The position numbers were made by a program, and so were the translations under genes. This document shows, piece by piece, positions 46,281 through 55,443 of a DNA stretch of 64,000 bases. Every line of letters begins with the position of its first letter. Positions within the stretch are counted from its first letter, which is position 1. Source of the DNA: Myxococcota bacterium (GTDB lineage Bacteria; Myxococcota_A; UBA796; UBA2385); assembly GCA_044344255.1 (NCBI GenBank), contig JBIJDH010000004.1, positions 32,001-96,000 of the forward strand, read 5' to 3'. The notes beneath the pieces were generated by a model that made no database searches, was not told the DNA's origin, and saw nothing but the letters and a program-made list of their open reading frames with translations.

Positions 46281-48071
46281 TCAGCGGGTGGACCAGGCCA
46301 GGATCAGGCTGGCGAGGGCCTGCGCGGGGCGACCCATGTCGGTCTCCTTGCGGCCGTCCCATCGGAAGACCTTGTTCCCGCGCAGCAGGTAGACGGCGTC
46401 GGACTCGACCGCGAAGAGCGTCCCGGCTTGGGCCGGGGCCCGTCCGGTGCGCTCCAAGGAGACGGCCTCGGGGTCGAGGTCGGCCCCGGGGAGGTAGGAG
46501 GGCTCCCCGTAGATGCACACCCCGACCCGCCGCGGCTGGCGGTGCAAGGCGATGATCTCGCCGTAGGGCTCGGCGTCGCGGATGAGCAGCACCTTGCTCT
46601 GCGGACGCCGAAGGTCAGGGAAGCCGAAGGCCAACCAGGCGCGGCCGTCGGGGTGGGTGAGCACACCGCGGTCCCCAGCGGCGTCGAGCACGTTCTGGAC
46701 CGGGGCGATCCCCTCGAGGGTCTCCGGGAGGCCCCCCCAAGCCCCCCGATCGAGGCTCCCGCCGAGGGCGGCCAGCGCGAGCATCCAGCCGGTGACCGGG
46801 GGATCTTCGGGCCGCACCGCGGGGGGCCGCCCGATCTCGGCGGCCTGCAGGCGCGCGGGGCCAGCGGGGAGGGCGGCGGCGGCCGGCGGCGCCTCCGTCG
46901 CGGTCGCGGCGGGCGTCGCGGCGGCGGGCGTCGCGGCGGCGGAAGGGGACGCGGACATCGTGAGCTGGACCCGTGGTGCGGCGCCCGCCGGTGCCGGCGC
47001 GGCCGCCTCGGCGGCGCCGCGGACGGGCGGGCGGAGCTCGTGCTCGGGGAGGTTCGGTCGGATGAGGCGCTCCCAGGCGAGCAGCGCGACCTCAGGGTCG
47101 GTCGGCAGGACGTAGACGAGGCCTCGCTTCGTCTGCGCCGCCCCCGCCGAGAGGAACATCGCCCGCGCGCCCACCGCCGTGAAGGCCAGGCCGCGGAGGA
47201 GCTCCAGGAAGCCCGGCACGGCCTCCCCGTCCGTCAGCCGAGCGAGGCCGGCGCCCTCGTGGCCGGGGGCGACCACGATGAGGGTAGCGGCCTGCCCGTC
47301 GTCGTCGAGGCTCCAGCCCGATCCGGTGATGGCCTCTACCAGGACCCGGGGGGCGACCGCGCCGAGGCCGATGACACAGATCGCGGTCGAGGAGGGGACG
47401 CTCATGACTCTCTCCGGTGCTGCCCCCTCTTCACCCGGCGAGCCCCGCTTGCGTAGGGGAGGGGGCGAATCTGTGTCGGCCGGTGGGCCCCCGTCTTCGG
47501 GCCGCTCAAGGGTCAGATCTTCGGGCCGGTTGGCGTTTCGCAGGGGGCCTGGGCGGAGGACGCGGCCAGGCACCCCCTCGACGAAGGAACGCGCGGACCT
47601 CCCATCCTGCGCGTAGACCGCCGCTCGCTCGGCCATGCTCGCGGGGAGCCAGGCGAGGAGGGGGTTTCGTTCGCCCCCCGCGACGCCCACGGCGGGGGTG
47701 CCGGCGTCGATCAAGGCCCGGAGGTCCTCGGCGCGGAGATCGACGAGGTCACAAGGGCAGATCAAGGCGAGGGGCGCTGTGCTGTCGCGGAGCGCTGCCG
47801 CGACCCCCCACAGGGGGTGGTGGTCGCCCAGCGGCGCCGCCTCGGCGATGACCCGGAGGCCCAGGGCCTGCAAGCCGGGCTGGCGGCCGACGAGGGTGAT
47901 CGGGTCGAACCCGGCCGCGCGGAGGGCCCGCGCCACGCGGAGCGCCAGCGCCTCGCCATCGACCTGCACCAAGGCCTTGTCCTGGCCCATCCGACGTGAG
48001 GCGCCACCGGCGAGGATGTAGGCGGGCAGGCTGTCTGCGGGGCCTGCGTCCTCGGCTCGGCGGGGGATCAA
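46281..48071 (-). CDS. mobA: MobA-like NTP transferase fused in frame to a degenerate MoaB/Mog-like domain and an unknown C-terminal domain
   Basis: ILAGGASRRMGQDKA, PCD and NANRPEDL (MobA), then PGFLELLR..AMFLSAG..VYVLP..LIRP (MoaB-like). TTG start overlaps the moeA stop. Internal RBS plus ATG at 47405. Confidence 0.7.
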   Translation of the reverse strand: MIPRRAEDAGPADSLPAYILAGGASRRMGQDKALVQVDGEALALRVARALRAAGFDPITLVGRQPGLQALGLRVIAEAAPLGDHHPLWGVAAALRDSTAPLALICPCDLVDLRAEDLRALIDAGTPAVGVAGGERNPLLAWLPASMAERAAVYAQDGRSARSFVEGVPGRVLRPGPLRNANRPEDLTLERPEDGGPPADTDSPPPLRKRGSPGEEGAAPERVMSVPSSTAICVIGLGAVAPRVLVEAITGSGWSLDDDGQAATLIVVAPGHEGAGLARLTDGEAVPGFLELLRGLAFTAVGARAMFLSAGAAQTKRGLVYVLPTDPEVALLAWERLIRPNLPEHELRPPVRGAAEAAAPAPAGAAPRVQLTMSASPSAAATPAAATPAATATEAPPAAAALPAGPARLQAAEIGRPPAVRPEDPPVTGWMLALAALGGSLDRGAWGGLPETLEGIAPVQNVLDAAGDRGVLTHPDGRAWLAFGFPDLRRPQSKVLLIRDAEPYGEIIALHRQPRRVGVCIYGEPSYLPGADLDPEAVSLERTGRAPAQAGTLFAVESDAVYLLRGNKVFRWDGRKETDMGRPAQALASLILAWSTR

Positions 48072-49384
48072 GCCGGGCGCCCGCCCCATCGGTAGCCGGG
48101 GACCGGCGAGCACAAGAAGCCGGCGTCGATGATCTGCACCGGCACGAGGTCTCCGTCAGCGGCTCCTCGAGCGGCGGCGTCGAGCAGGAGGAGCCCCTGG
48201 GCCCGCGCCATGCTCGAGCCGAGGTGGGAGTCCTGTCCGCCGGTCGGACGGGCGCGGAGCTCGGCCCCCTCCCAGGAGAGCAGGACCCGCACGAGCTCGT
48301 TTCGACCGGCCCCCTTGTGGAGGGAGCCCTCCAGCCGCGCGTCGACGACCGGCAGGAAGGGGTTCGGGTCCCCCAGCGCCCGCCGCAGCACGGGGCGCAC
48401 GAACTGGAGGAAGTTCACCATGCAGGAGACAGGGTTTCCCGGCAGGCCGAAGACGGGCACATCGCCGATGTGGCCGACAGCCAGCGGCTTTCCGGGGCGC
48501 ATCTTCACTCGCCAGAAGTCCATCTCCACCCCGACATCCGCGAGCACCTCCTTGACGACGTCGAAGTCACCGACGCTCACCCCTCCGGTCGTGAGGAGCA
48601 GGTCCGGGCGGAGGGACAGGGCGGCGAGGAGGGCGGCGCGGGTGCCCTCTCGACTGTCGGGCGCGTTGCCGGCGTCGAGGGCCACGGCCCCTGCCTCGCG
48701 GACGAGGCCGATCAGGGCGGCGGTGTTGGACGACCAGAGCTGCCCTGGACCGAGGGGCTCACCCGGTGCCACCACCTCGTCACCGGTCGATAGGATGGCT
48801 ACGCGGGGTGGCGCCGCGACCTTGAGCCGGGCCCGGCCGACCGACGCGCAGCGGCCGATCCGGGCCGGGGAGAGCGTCACACCCGGGCTCAGCACCTCCG
48901 CGCCCGCGGCGACCTCCTCTCCGCGGCGGCGGACGTGATGGCCGCGGCGCGCGGCGCCGAAGATGCGCACGCGGCCATCCGGTAGCGCCTCCACCTCCTC
49001 CTGGATCACGATGGTGTCAGCGCCCTCGGGGAGGGGCGCCCCCGTGAAGATGCGGGCGGACTCCCCAGGCCCCAGCGACCGTCGGGGGATGGAGCCGGCC
49101 GGGATCACCTCGACGATGTGCAGCACAACGCCCTCGGAGGGCGCTGCCGCTCCTCCTTCGGCGAGGTCACAGCCGCCGCCTGCCGGACCGGTGAGGTGGG
49201 ACAGGTCGTCGGCGCGGACCGCGTAGCCGTCCATCGCGCTGTTGTCCCAGCGGGGGATGTCGATCGGGGAGACCACGGTCTCCGCGAGCACTCGCCCGTA
49301 GGCCTCGGTGAGGGGCACCTCCTCAACCCGGAGCGGGAGCCCCCGGGCGAGGCAGCGAGCGAGAGCCTCCTCGATCGTGAGCAC
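48068..49384 (-). CDS. moeA: Molybdopterin molybdotransferase MoeA
   Basis: DNSAMDGYAV, IFTGAPLP, STGDE, TTGGVSVGDFD, MRPGKP, GLPGNP. Confidence 0.96.
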   Translation of the reverse strand: MLTIEEALARCLARGLPLRVEEVPLTEAYGRVLAETVVSPIDIPRWDNSAMDGYAVRADDLSHLTGPAGGGCDLAEGGAAAPSEGVVLHIVEVIPAGSIPRRSLGPGESARIFTGAPLPEGADTIVIQEEVEALPDGRVRIFGAARRGHHVRRRGEEVAAGAEVLSPGVTLSPARIGRCASVGRARLKVAAPPRVAILSTGDEVVAPGEPLGPGQLWSSNTAALIGLVREAGAVALDAGNAPDSREGTRAALLAALSLRPDLLLTTGGVSVGDFDVVKEVLADVGVEMDFWRVKMRPGKPLAVGHIGDVPVFGLPGNPVSCMVNFLQFVRPVLRRALGDPNPFLPVVDARLEGSLHKGAGRNELVRVLLSWEGAELRARPTGGQDSHLGSSMARAQGLLLLDAAARGAADGDLVPVQIIDAGFLCSPVPGYRWGGRPA

Positions 49385-49387
49385 CGC

Positions 49388-51262
49388 TCAGCCGGACTTG
49401 CGGATCTTGAGGGACTGCCCCACGTTGATCTGCGAGCCCTTCAGGTTGTTCCAGGACTTGATGTCGGAGGCGCTGACGCCGTAACGGGAGGCGACCTCGG
49501 AGAGGGTGTCGCCGCGCTTGACCGTGTAGCGGACCCACTTGACCGATGAGCCCGAGGGCTCGACGATCTTCAGCCGCTGGCCAACCAGGATCTTGTTGGC
49601 GTTGTCGATGTCGTTCCAGCGCAGCAGGTCGGACTGCGAGACGTTGTACCGGTCGGCGATGCGGGCGAGGTTCTCGCCGCGCTGCACGACGTGGCTGGTG
49701 GTCTTCGTCTTGGGCTTGGACGACGAGACCGGGCCGACAGAGGCGAGGGCGACCTCGCGCCGGTCCTCGTGGGCGCTCGACTCGGCGGCGTGGCTGGGCT
49801 TGGCGCTGGTGGAGGCGCTCGACTTCTTCAGGCTGGGCGCCTTGACCGTGGCGGCCATGGCGTCGGGGTCGCGGTCGGGGCGCTCGGAGGGGAGCCGGCC
49901 CTTGCCGGGGATGGACAGCACCTGACCGACGGCGATCTTGTTGGCGTTGCGGATTCGGTTCGCCGCCATCAGCTCTTTGACGGAGACGTTGTACTTGGTG
50001 GCGATGGTGCCGAGGGACTCGCCGCGGCGGACGCGGTGCTCCATCGTGGCCAAGGCCTTGACGTCGGGCTCGGCCACGGCGATGGCGGCGAGGAAGGACT
50101 CCTTGTGGCCCTTCGGGACGTTGAGGCGGACCTTCTTCCCGTCGGCGGGGAGGGTCCAGCGGCGGATGTGGGGGTTGAGGTCCATCATCTCGTCCTGCGA
50201 GGCGCCAGCGCAGCGCGAGATGAGCTCCATCGAGTAGCCGGGGGAGACCTCGACGACCTCGGTCTCGACCGGCATCTGGTAGGCGATGTCGGTGAAGCCG
50301 TAGCGCTCGGGGTGGTGGCCGATGATGGTGGCGGCGAGCAGCTTGGGGACGTAGTTCGCGGTCTCGGGGTGGAAGGCGCCCCGCTCCACGAGCGTCCAGA
50401 AGTCGCGGGTGCCGTGGCGCTTGATCCCCTTGTCGACGCGGCCCGGACCGCCGTTGTAGGCGGCGGCGGCGAGGTACCAGCTGTCGAACTTCTTGTTCAG
50501 GTAGCCGAGGAAGGCCACCGCAGCCTTGGTGGAGCGCTGGGGGTCGCGGCGCTCATCGACCCACCAGTCGATGCGCATCCCCCACTCGCTGCCCGTGGCG
50601 CTCATGAACTGCCAGAGCCCCACCGCGGCGGCGCGGCTGTAGGCGTGGTTCGAGTAGCCGCTCTCGATCATCGAGAGGTAGACGAGGTCGCGCGGCAGTT
50701 TGCCGGCGTCGAGGGCCTCGTACATCATCGGGCGGACCCGGGAGGAGCGGCCGAGCCAACGCCCGTAGTACTTGCGCCCGTCGCCGGTGAAGTACTTCAT
50801 CCACTTGACGACCGAGGCGTTGACCACGATGGGGAGGTCAAACTCGGAAGGGTCAATCGCCTTGAGGTGGAGCGGGTCGTTCGGGTCGGCGACGAAGCTC
50901 TCGTCGGAGGCCTGGCGGCGGAGGGTCTCGATGAGGAAGTCGCGCTCCGCGCTGCGCTCGGCGTCCAGCTCTTCGCTGTCGTGCACGGCGTCTTCGTCAG
51001 GGACCGCGCCCTCGACCTCTTCGATGTAGTTCCAGAGCGAGCCCTCCTCGGGGGCGCGCGCCTGGGTCTCGGCGCCTGCGGGGGCCTCGGAGCCGCCGTG
51101 CCCGCCCTCGACGGGGGGGCCCGCTGGGGCCTCGCGCTCGGCGGGAGTGTCGGCCTGATCCGCCGGCTCCACGGAAGACTGCATCGGCTTGCGCTTCTTG
51201 AACAGGCCGGCCTGGGCGGTGGCCGGCAGCGCGAGGGCGAGGAGGAGCAGCAGAGAGCGCAT
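49388..51262 (-). CDS. mltD: Lytic transglycosylase with three LysM domains (MltD-like)
   Basis: MIESGY, AVGLWQFM, DERRDP, AAYNGG, ET.NYVPK and three LysM repeats. Signal peptide from ATG 51262. Confidence 0.9.
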   Translation of the reverse strand: MRSLLLLLALALPATAQAGLFKKRKPMQSSVEPADQADTPAEREAPAGPPVEGGHGGSEAPAGAETQARAPEEGSLWNYIEEVEGAVPDEDAVHDSEELDAERSAERDFLIETLRRQASDESFVADPNDPLHLKAIDPSEFDLPIVVNASVVKWMKYFTGDGRKYYGRWLGRSSRVRPMMYEALDAGKLPRDLVYLSMIESGYSNHAYSRAAAVGLWQFMSATGSEWGMRIDWWVDERRDPQRSTKAAVAFLGYLNKKFDSWYLAAAAYNGGPGRVDKGIKRHGTRDFWTLVERGAFHPETANYVPKLLAATIIGHHPERYGFTDIAYQMPVETEVVEVSPGYSMELISRCAGASQDEMMDLNPHIRRWTLPADGKKVRLNVPKGHKESFLAAIAVAEPDVKALATMEHRVRRGESLGTIATKYNVSVKELMAANRIRNANKIAVGQVLSIPGKGRLPSERPDRDPDAMAATVKAPSLKKSSASTSAKPSHAAESSAHEDRREVALASVGPVSSSKPKTKTTSHVVQRGENLARIADRYNVSQSDLLRWNDIDNANKILVGQRLKIVEPSGSSVKWVRYTVKRGDTLSEVASRYGVSASDIKSWNNLKGSQINVGQSLKIRKSG

Positions 51263-51407
51263 GGTGTACCCGAGGTGCGAAAGTCTTGACGCACCAAGTG
51301 TAACCGGAGGTGTTGCATGAGGGGAAGGGCGGGGGGCCCCTGTCCTTGCGGTTTTTTTGTAGATCCCGAGGAAGGGGCGTCGAGTGGGCACCTTTCTCTG
51401 ACCTCGG

Positions 51408-52022
51408 TCAGGGATTGGGCGAGAGGTCTCGCACGGAGTCCTCCATGCCATTCCCGACGTCGATCGCCGATATCGCCGCCCAGGCCGCCACGCCGGTGGC
51501 GCGGAGCGCGGGGAGGCGTTCCACGGTGACCCCGCCGATGGCCACCACCGGGAGGGGGCTCGCGCGCACCGCCTCGGCGAGCCGCTCGAGCCCGCGCGGC
51601 GACCAGGCGCTCTGCTTGCTGTGGGTGCCGAAGACAGGGCCAAATCCGATGTAGTCCGCGCCCTCCTGGGGGGCGGCCAGCACCTGCTCGAGGGTGTGCG
51701 TGCTGCGACCGAGCAGCGCGTCGGGGCCGAGGCGAGCGCGGGCCCAGGCGAGCGAGCCATCCCCCTGGCCGAGGTGAAGCCCGTTGGCGCCGCTCTCCGC
51801 CGCCGCTTCGAGGTCGTCGTTGATGATGAGCAGGCAGCCATGCGCCTGGAGGGCGGGGAGGAGGGCGCGGGCGGCGGCCACGCGCTCGGCGGTCCCCCAA
51901 CCCTTGGCGCGGAGCTGCACGACGCCGACGCCGAGCGCGGCGAGGCGGAGGCCCTGAAGGACAGGGTCGCCCCGAGTGGTGCAGGCCATCCCGTAGAGGC
52001 CGCGAGGGAGGGTGGGCTTCAT
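51408..52022 (-). CDS. thiE: Thiamine-phosphate synthase
   Basis: VQLRAK, IINDD, GLHLGQGD, GRSTH, ADYIGFGPVF.T.SK, VAIGG. Start overlaps the upstream stop. Confidence 0.92.
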   Translation of the reverse strand: MKPTLPRGLYGMACTTRGDPVLQGLRLAALGVGVVQLRAKGWGTAERVAAARALLPALQAHGCLLIINDDLEAAAESGANGLHLGQGDGSLAWARARLGPDALLGRSTHTLEQVLAAPQEGADYIGFGPVFGTHSKQSAWSPRGLERLAEAVRASPLPVVAIGGVTVERLPALRATGVAAWAAISAIDVGNGMEDSVRDLSPNP

Positions 52023-53341
52023 GGCTGCGCCTCCGGCCCTCGGCGGAGGGCCCGATAGAGCGCGCGACCCTTCGCCAGCGTCTCCTCCCACTCCTCTGCG
52101 GGGCGCGAGTCGGCGACGATGCCGGCGCCCACGTGAAAGCGCGCGAGGCCGCCCTGCACGGTGGCGGTGCGGATGGCGACGCTCCAGGAGGCGGCGCCGC
52201 CGTCGGCGAAGAAGCCGATGGCGCCGGTGTAGACGCCGCGCGGTCCGGCCTCCAGGGCTCGGATCACCTCCATGGCCCGAACCTTGGGCGCGCCGGTGAC
52301 GCTGCCGGGTGGGAAGGCGGCGATGAAGGCGTCGATGCTGTCTCGATCCTCGCGCAGGGTGCAGCGCACCTCCTGCTCGGCGTGCAGCAGGTCTCCGCAG
52401 GCGCGGAGCGCGCGGGGGGAGACTTCGACGCTCCCGGCACGGGCCACGCGGCCGAGGTCGTTTCGGACAAGGTCGGTGATCATCGTGAGCTCCGCGCGCT
52501 CCTTTTCGCTGTGGGTGAGGGCCTCGTGCCCAGCGGCGCTGGCGGGCGCCGTGCCCTTGATCGGCGCGCTCTTGGCGTACAAGGCGCCGCCTCGGGCCTC
52601 GATCTCGAGGAAGAGCTCTGGGGAATTGGAGAGCACCACCCCCCAGGGGCTCTCGATGTAGGCGCCACGGAGGGCCGGGTTCTGCTCGCGCAGCGCGAGC
52701 CAGCGACCCAGCGGGTCGGTGACCGCGATGTCCCGGACCTCCCAGGCGAGGTTGACCTGGTAGACGTCCCCCGCTCGGATGTGCCCGAGCGCGGCCTCGA
52801 CCTGGGACAGGTACGCGGCGCGCCCCTCCGCGTCGGTGGGGAGGGGCTCCTCCACGGGCACCGCGGCCACCGTTTCTTCTGAGGCGCCGGTGACCGTGGC
52901 CGCGTGCGCCGAGGCCGCGCGCAACAAGGCCTCCGCCTCGGCGCAGAACGCGGGTGCGCCCACCGCGCTCCAGGCTCCGGACGGTCGGTGGTGGTAGAGC
53001 GCCCCTTCGGTCCGCCACAGGGCCACCTCCGGCAAAGGAGGAGCGGTCCGCGGCGACGGCATCCGCTCTGTCCAGCGCCCCCCCTCGTAGCCCCACCAAC
53101 CGATGAGGCCGCCAGCGAAGGGGAAGGGGGAAGGGTCAGAGGAGGGTGATGGGGAGGGCAGGGCAGCGGGCCGCAGGGCGGCGCGGAGGGCTTCGGGCCA
53201 GCCGGGGCCCGTGGGGCCGGTCCAGGCGGGGGTAGAAGTCCAGGTGAGCAAGGTCCAGGCCGGGCCAAGGTCGAGGGCGAGGAGGCCCGGTCGAGGCGCC
53301 AGCCGGAGGACGCGGCCGAGCGAGGGGGGGTGGGTGCTCAT
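52019..53341 (-). CDS. pabB: Chorismate-binding enzyme, aminodeoxychorismate synthase component I / TrpE family
   Basis: GDVYQVNL, SPELFL, PIKGT, KERAEL.MI.DLVRNDL, FPPGSVTGAPK, RGVYTG, AIRT. PIKGT favours PabB. Confidence 0.8.
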   Translation of the reverse strand: MSTHPPSLGRVLRLAPRPGLLALDLGPAWTLLTWTSTPAWTGPTGPGWPEALRAALRPAALPSPSPSSDPSPFPFAGGLIGWWGYEGGRWTERMPSPRTAPPLPEVALWRTEGALYHHRPSGAWSAVGAPAFCAEAEALLRAASAHAATVTGASEETVAAVPVEEPLPTDAEGRAAYLSQVEAALGHIRAGDVYQVNLAWEVRDIAVTDPLGRWLALREQNPALRGAYIESPWGVVLSNSPELFLEIEARGGALYAKSAPIKGTAPASAAGHEALTHSEKERAELTMITDLVRNDLGRVARAGSVEVSPRALRACGDLLHAEQEVRCTLREDRDSIDAFIAAFPPGSVTGAPKVRAMEVIRALEAGPRGVYTGAIGFFADGGAASWSVAIRTATVQGGLARFHVGAGIVADSRPAEEWEETLAKGRALYRALRRGPEAQP

Positions 53342-53454
53342 GGCCCCACCTTTCCGGCTGCGCGGGCGGCCGTCAACCCCGACGGACCTCCGCTCGGAGG
53401 GCAGGCCCTGCGGGCGTCCTCTCGTCCTGAAGGCCTCCTTTCGTTAGCGAGATT

Positions 53455-53470
53455 TTGCGTCGGGACGCAA
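53455..53470. promoter_or_regulatory. Perfect palindrome TTGCGTC-GG-GACGCAA in divergent promoter region
   Basis: 7-bp inverted repeat just upstream of TATAGGCT. Confidence 0.45.
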
Positions 53471-53514
53471 CAGTATAGGCTGACACCGGCTAAGCGGGTC
53501 GCGAGGGTGCTACC

Positions 53515-55425
53515 GTGGCAACATCGGGTCTCAAGATACTCATGGTAGACGGTGACCCGCACCTCTGCGCTGTGGTGCAGGGCGTCGTGGCGGGTGAAGG
53601 TCACCGATTACACGCGGTGTCACGGCTCGGTGAGGTAGAGAGCGCCACCCCAGACGCCGACCTCCTGCTCATCGACGTTGACCTCGCTGGCGGCGCGGTC
53701 CCAGAGCTCCTTCGGCGGCTCCGCCCCGCCCAGCCCGAGCTCTGCATCGTCCTTGTGAGCGTCCGGCCCCGCGATGACGCTGCCCTGTCCGCGCTCCAGC
53801 GAGAGGTGGGCGCCCTCGCCGTGCTGCGACGCCCCTTCTCCTTGCTGGACCTCAACGACCTCCTTCGGCGAGTGCCCAAGGCGCCGCGGGAGCGTGGAGC
53901 TGGCTCGACCTCCGGGGTCGAGCGACTTCGGCTCGGCGCGAGCTCGGAGCAGAGCCTGATGGGGGTTGAGCCCAGCCCATCCGAGAACCCGGCGCGGATC
54001 GCCCGCCTCTGGGCCTCCCAGTCGAGCGGTGTGCTGCACATCACCTCGGCGCGGGGGAGCAGCCAGACGCTTTGCCTCTCCGACGGCGGCCCCACCGACG
54101 CTCGGGGCCTGCGCCTGCTGGAGGTCGCCTTCGACGGGGGCCGGCTGGTCTTTGAGCCCGGAGAGGCGGAGGGTCTCGGTGAGGCGGAGGCGCTGGGGAG
54201 CCTGCTATACGACCGGATGCGCGACCCCGGGCGTTCCCGCTTCGCCGTGGAGAGCGCCTTCAAGGCCCCGGCGAGGACGCCCTGGTCGCCCGCCCTCGAG
54301 CGGCTCCCGGTCGATCCCGGCCTTCGTCGCCTCGCGATGGTGGCCGACGGTCAGGCCCTCCTCGGAGACCTGCTCGCTTCGCTCGACCTGAGCGCCGACG
54401 CCGTCTCGGCCGATCTGGAGCTGTGTCACCGACTCCGCCTGCTCGCGCTGCAGGCGCCGGTCTCCCGTCCTCGCGCCTCCCAGCCGCCCGCACGGAGCGC
54501 GGCGTCGCGATCGCGGGCCGCTCCGCCCATCCCTCCTCGGGGCACCGCGCCCGTCGCTCCCCTGGCCGGTCCCGCTGCGGCGCCCCTCTCCCTGGCCCCA
54601 ACCTCGGTCGGGTCCGGTCGGACTTCGTCTTCCAGCAGCCGCTCTTCGTCCGAGGCTTCTTCCCTGGGGGGCCCGAACGGGGCGGGGGGCCAGCAACGTG
54701 TGGCGGAGCGGCTGCAGCGCGAGCTGGAGCGGCTGCGGGGGGCGAACGCCGCGGTCGTGCTCGGGGTGCCCGCGGACGCCTCCTCCGAGCTCATTCGGGA
54801 GGCCGCGGCGCGGATGCGGCTACGGTACGCGGAGATCGTCCGGAGGAGCGACAGCTCCCCTGAGCTCCGCGAGGCCGCCGGAGAGCTCCTCTCGCTGGTC
54901 GAGCGCTCCACCCGTACGGAGCAGGATGGCACGGTCTCGCTGCACGCCTCGCTGAGCTACGCCGGGTCTGGCCCCCACGGGGGCAGCCTGCACGGCGGTG
55001 GCTCCGTCGGCGGTGACCCGACCTCCATGATGGGCGGCGGCGAGAGCCCAGAAGAGCGGCTTCTCCAGCGGGGGCGGAGCTTGATCACGCAGTCTGCCTG
55101 GGAGCAGGCCGATCGGGTGCTGTCGCGGGCCCGCGATCGACGCATCGATCACCCCGCCATCCTGGCCAACCTCGCCTGGGCTCGCCTCCACAACCCGGGG
55201 CTCCCCTCCGCCCAGCGGGAGGAGGACGCGCGCGACCTGCTGCTGCTCGCCGAGCAGTTTGACGCCCATGATCCCGAGGGTCAGCGCTACTTGGCCCTCT
55301 ACTTGGAGCGCCGCGGTGACCTTGGGGGCGCCTTGGGGCGGGCGCAGCGGGCGCAGCGGGCGCAGCCCACCGACATCGAGCTGCAGGGGCTCGTCCGGCG
55401 CCTCAAGGCCAGCCAAGGGGCCTGA
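53515..55425 (+). CDS. Atypical receiver plus J-like domain plus TPR protein
   Basis: N-terminal REC (ILMVDGD, LLLIDVDL, RRPF), J-like VLGVPADAS..IREA, and C-terminal TPR helices. Confidence 0.75.
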   Translation: MATSGLKILMVDGDPHLCAVVQGVVAGEGHRLHAVSRLGEVESATPDADLLLIDVDLAGGAVPELLRRLRPAQPELCIVLVSVRPRDDAALSALQREVGALAVLRRPFSLLDLNDLLRRVPKAPRERGAGSTSGVERLRLGASSEQSLMGVEPSPSENPARIARLWASQSSGVLHITSARGSSQTLCLSDGGPTDARGLRLLEVAFDGGRLVFEPGEAEGLGEAEALGSLLYDRMRDPGRSRFAVESAFKAPARTPWSPALERLPVDPGLRRLAMVADGQALLGDLLASLDLSADAVSADLELCHRLRLLALQAPVSRPRASQPPARSAASRSRAAPPIPPRGTAPVAPLAGPAAAPLSLAPTSVGSGRTSSSSSRSSSEASSLGGPNGAGGQQRVAERLQRELERLRGANAAVVLGVPADASSELIREAAARMRLRYAEIVRRSDSSPELREAAGELLSLVERSTRTEQDGTVSLHASLSYAGSGPHGGSLHGGGSVGGDPTSMMGGGESPEERLLQRGRSLITQSAWEQADRVLSRARDRRIDHPAILANLAWARLHNPGLPSAQREEDARDLLLLAEQFDAHDPEGQRYLALYLERRGDLGGALGRAQRAQRAQPTDIELQGLVRRLKASQGA

Positions 55426-55443
55426 GGCGCGGACGAGCCTCGC

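Noticed and set aside
51325..51358. Hairpin plus T7 between thiE and mltD as a terminator
   Set aside because: The T-tract is on the + strand while both genes are on -, and it is offset from the stem. At most an antisense terminator or part of a promoter.
51408..53099. 563-aa and 817-aa (49388-51841) ORFs at full length
   Set aside because: The N-terminal extensions overlap pabB or thiE in other frames. The real starts are 52022 (thiE) and 51262 (mltD).
53440..53515. c-di-GMP-I riboswitch (GGGACGCAA; also GCAAAC near 35343)
   Set aside because: It lacks the GGCAAA-stem-GNRA-stem arrangement in the right order.
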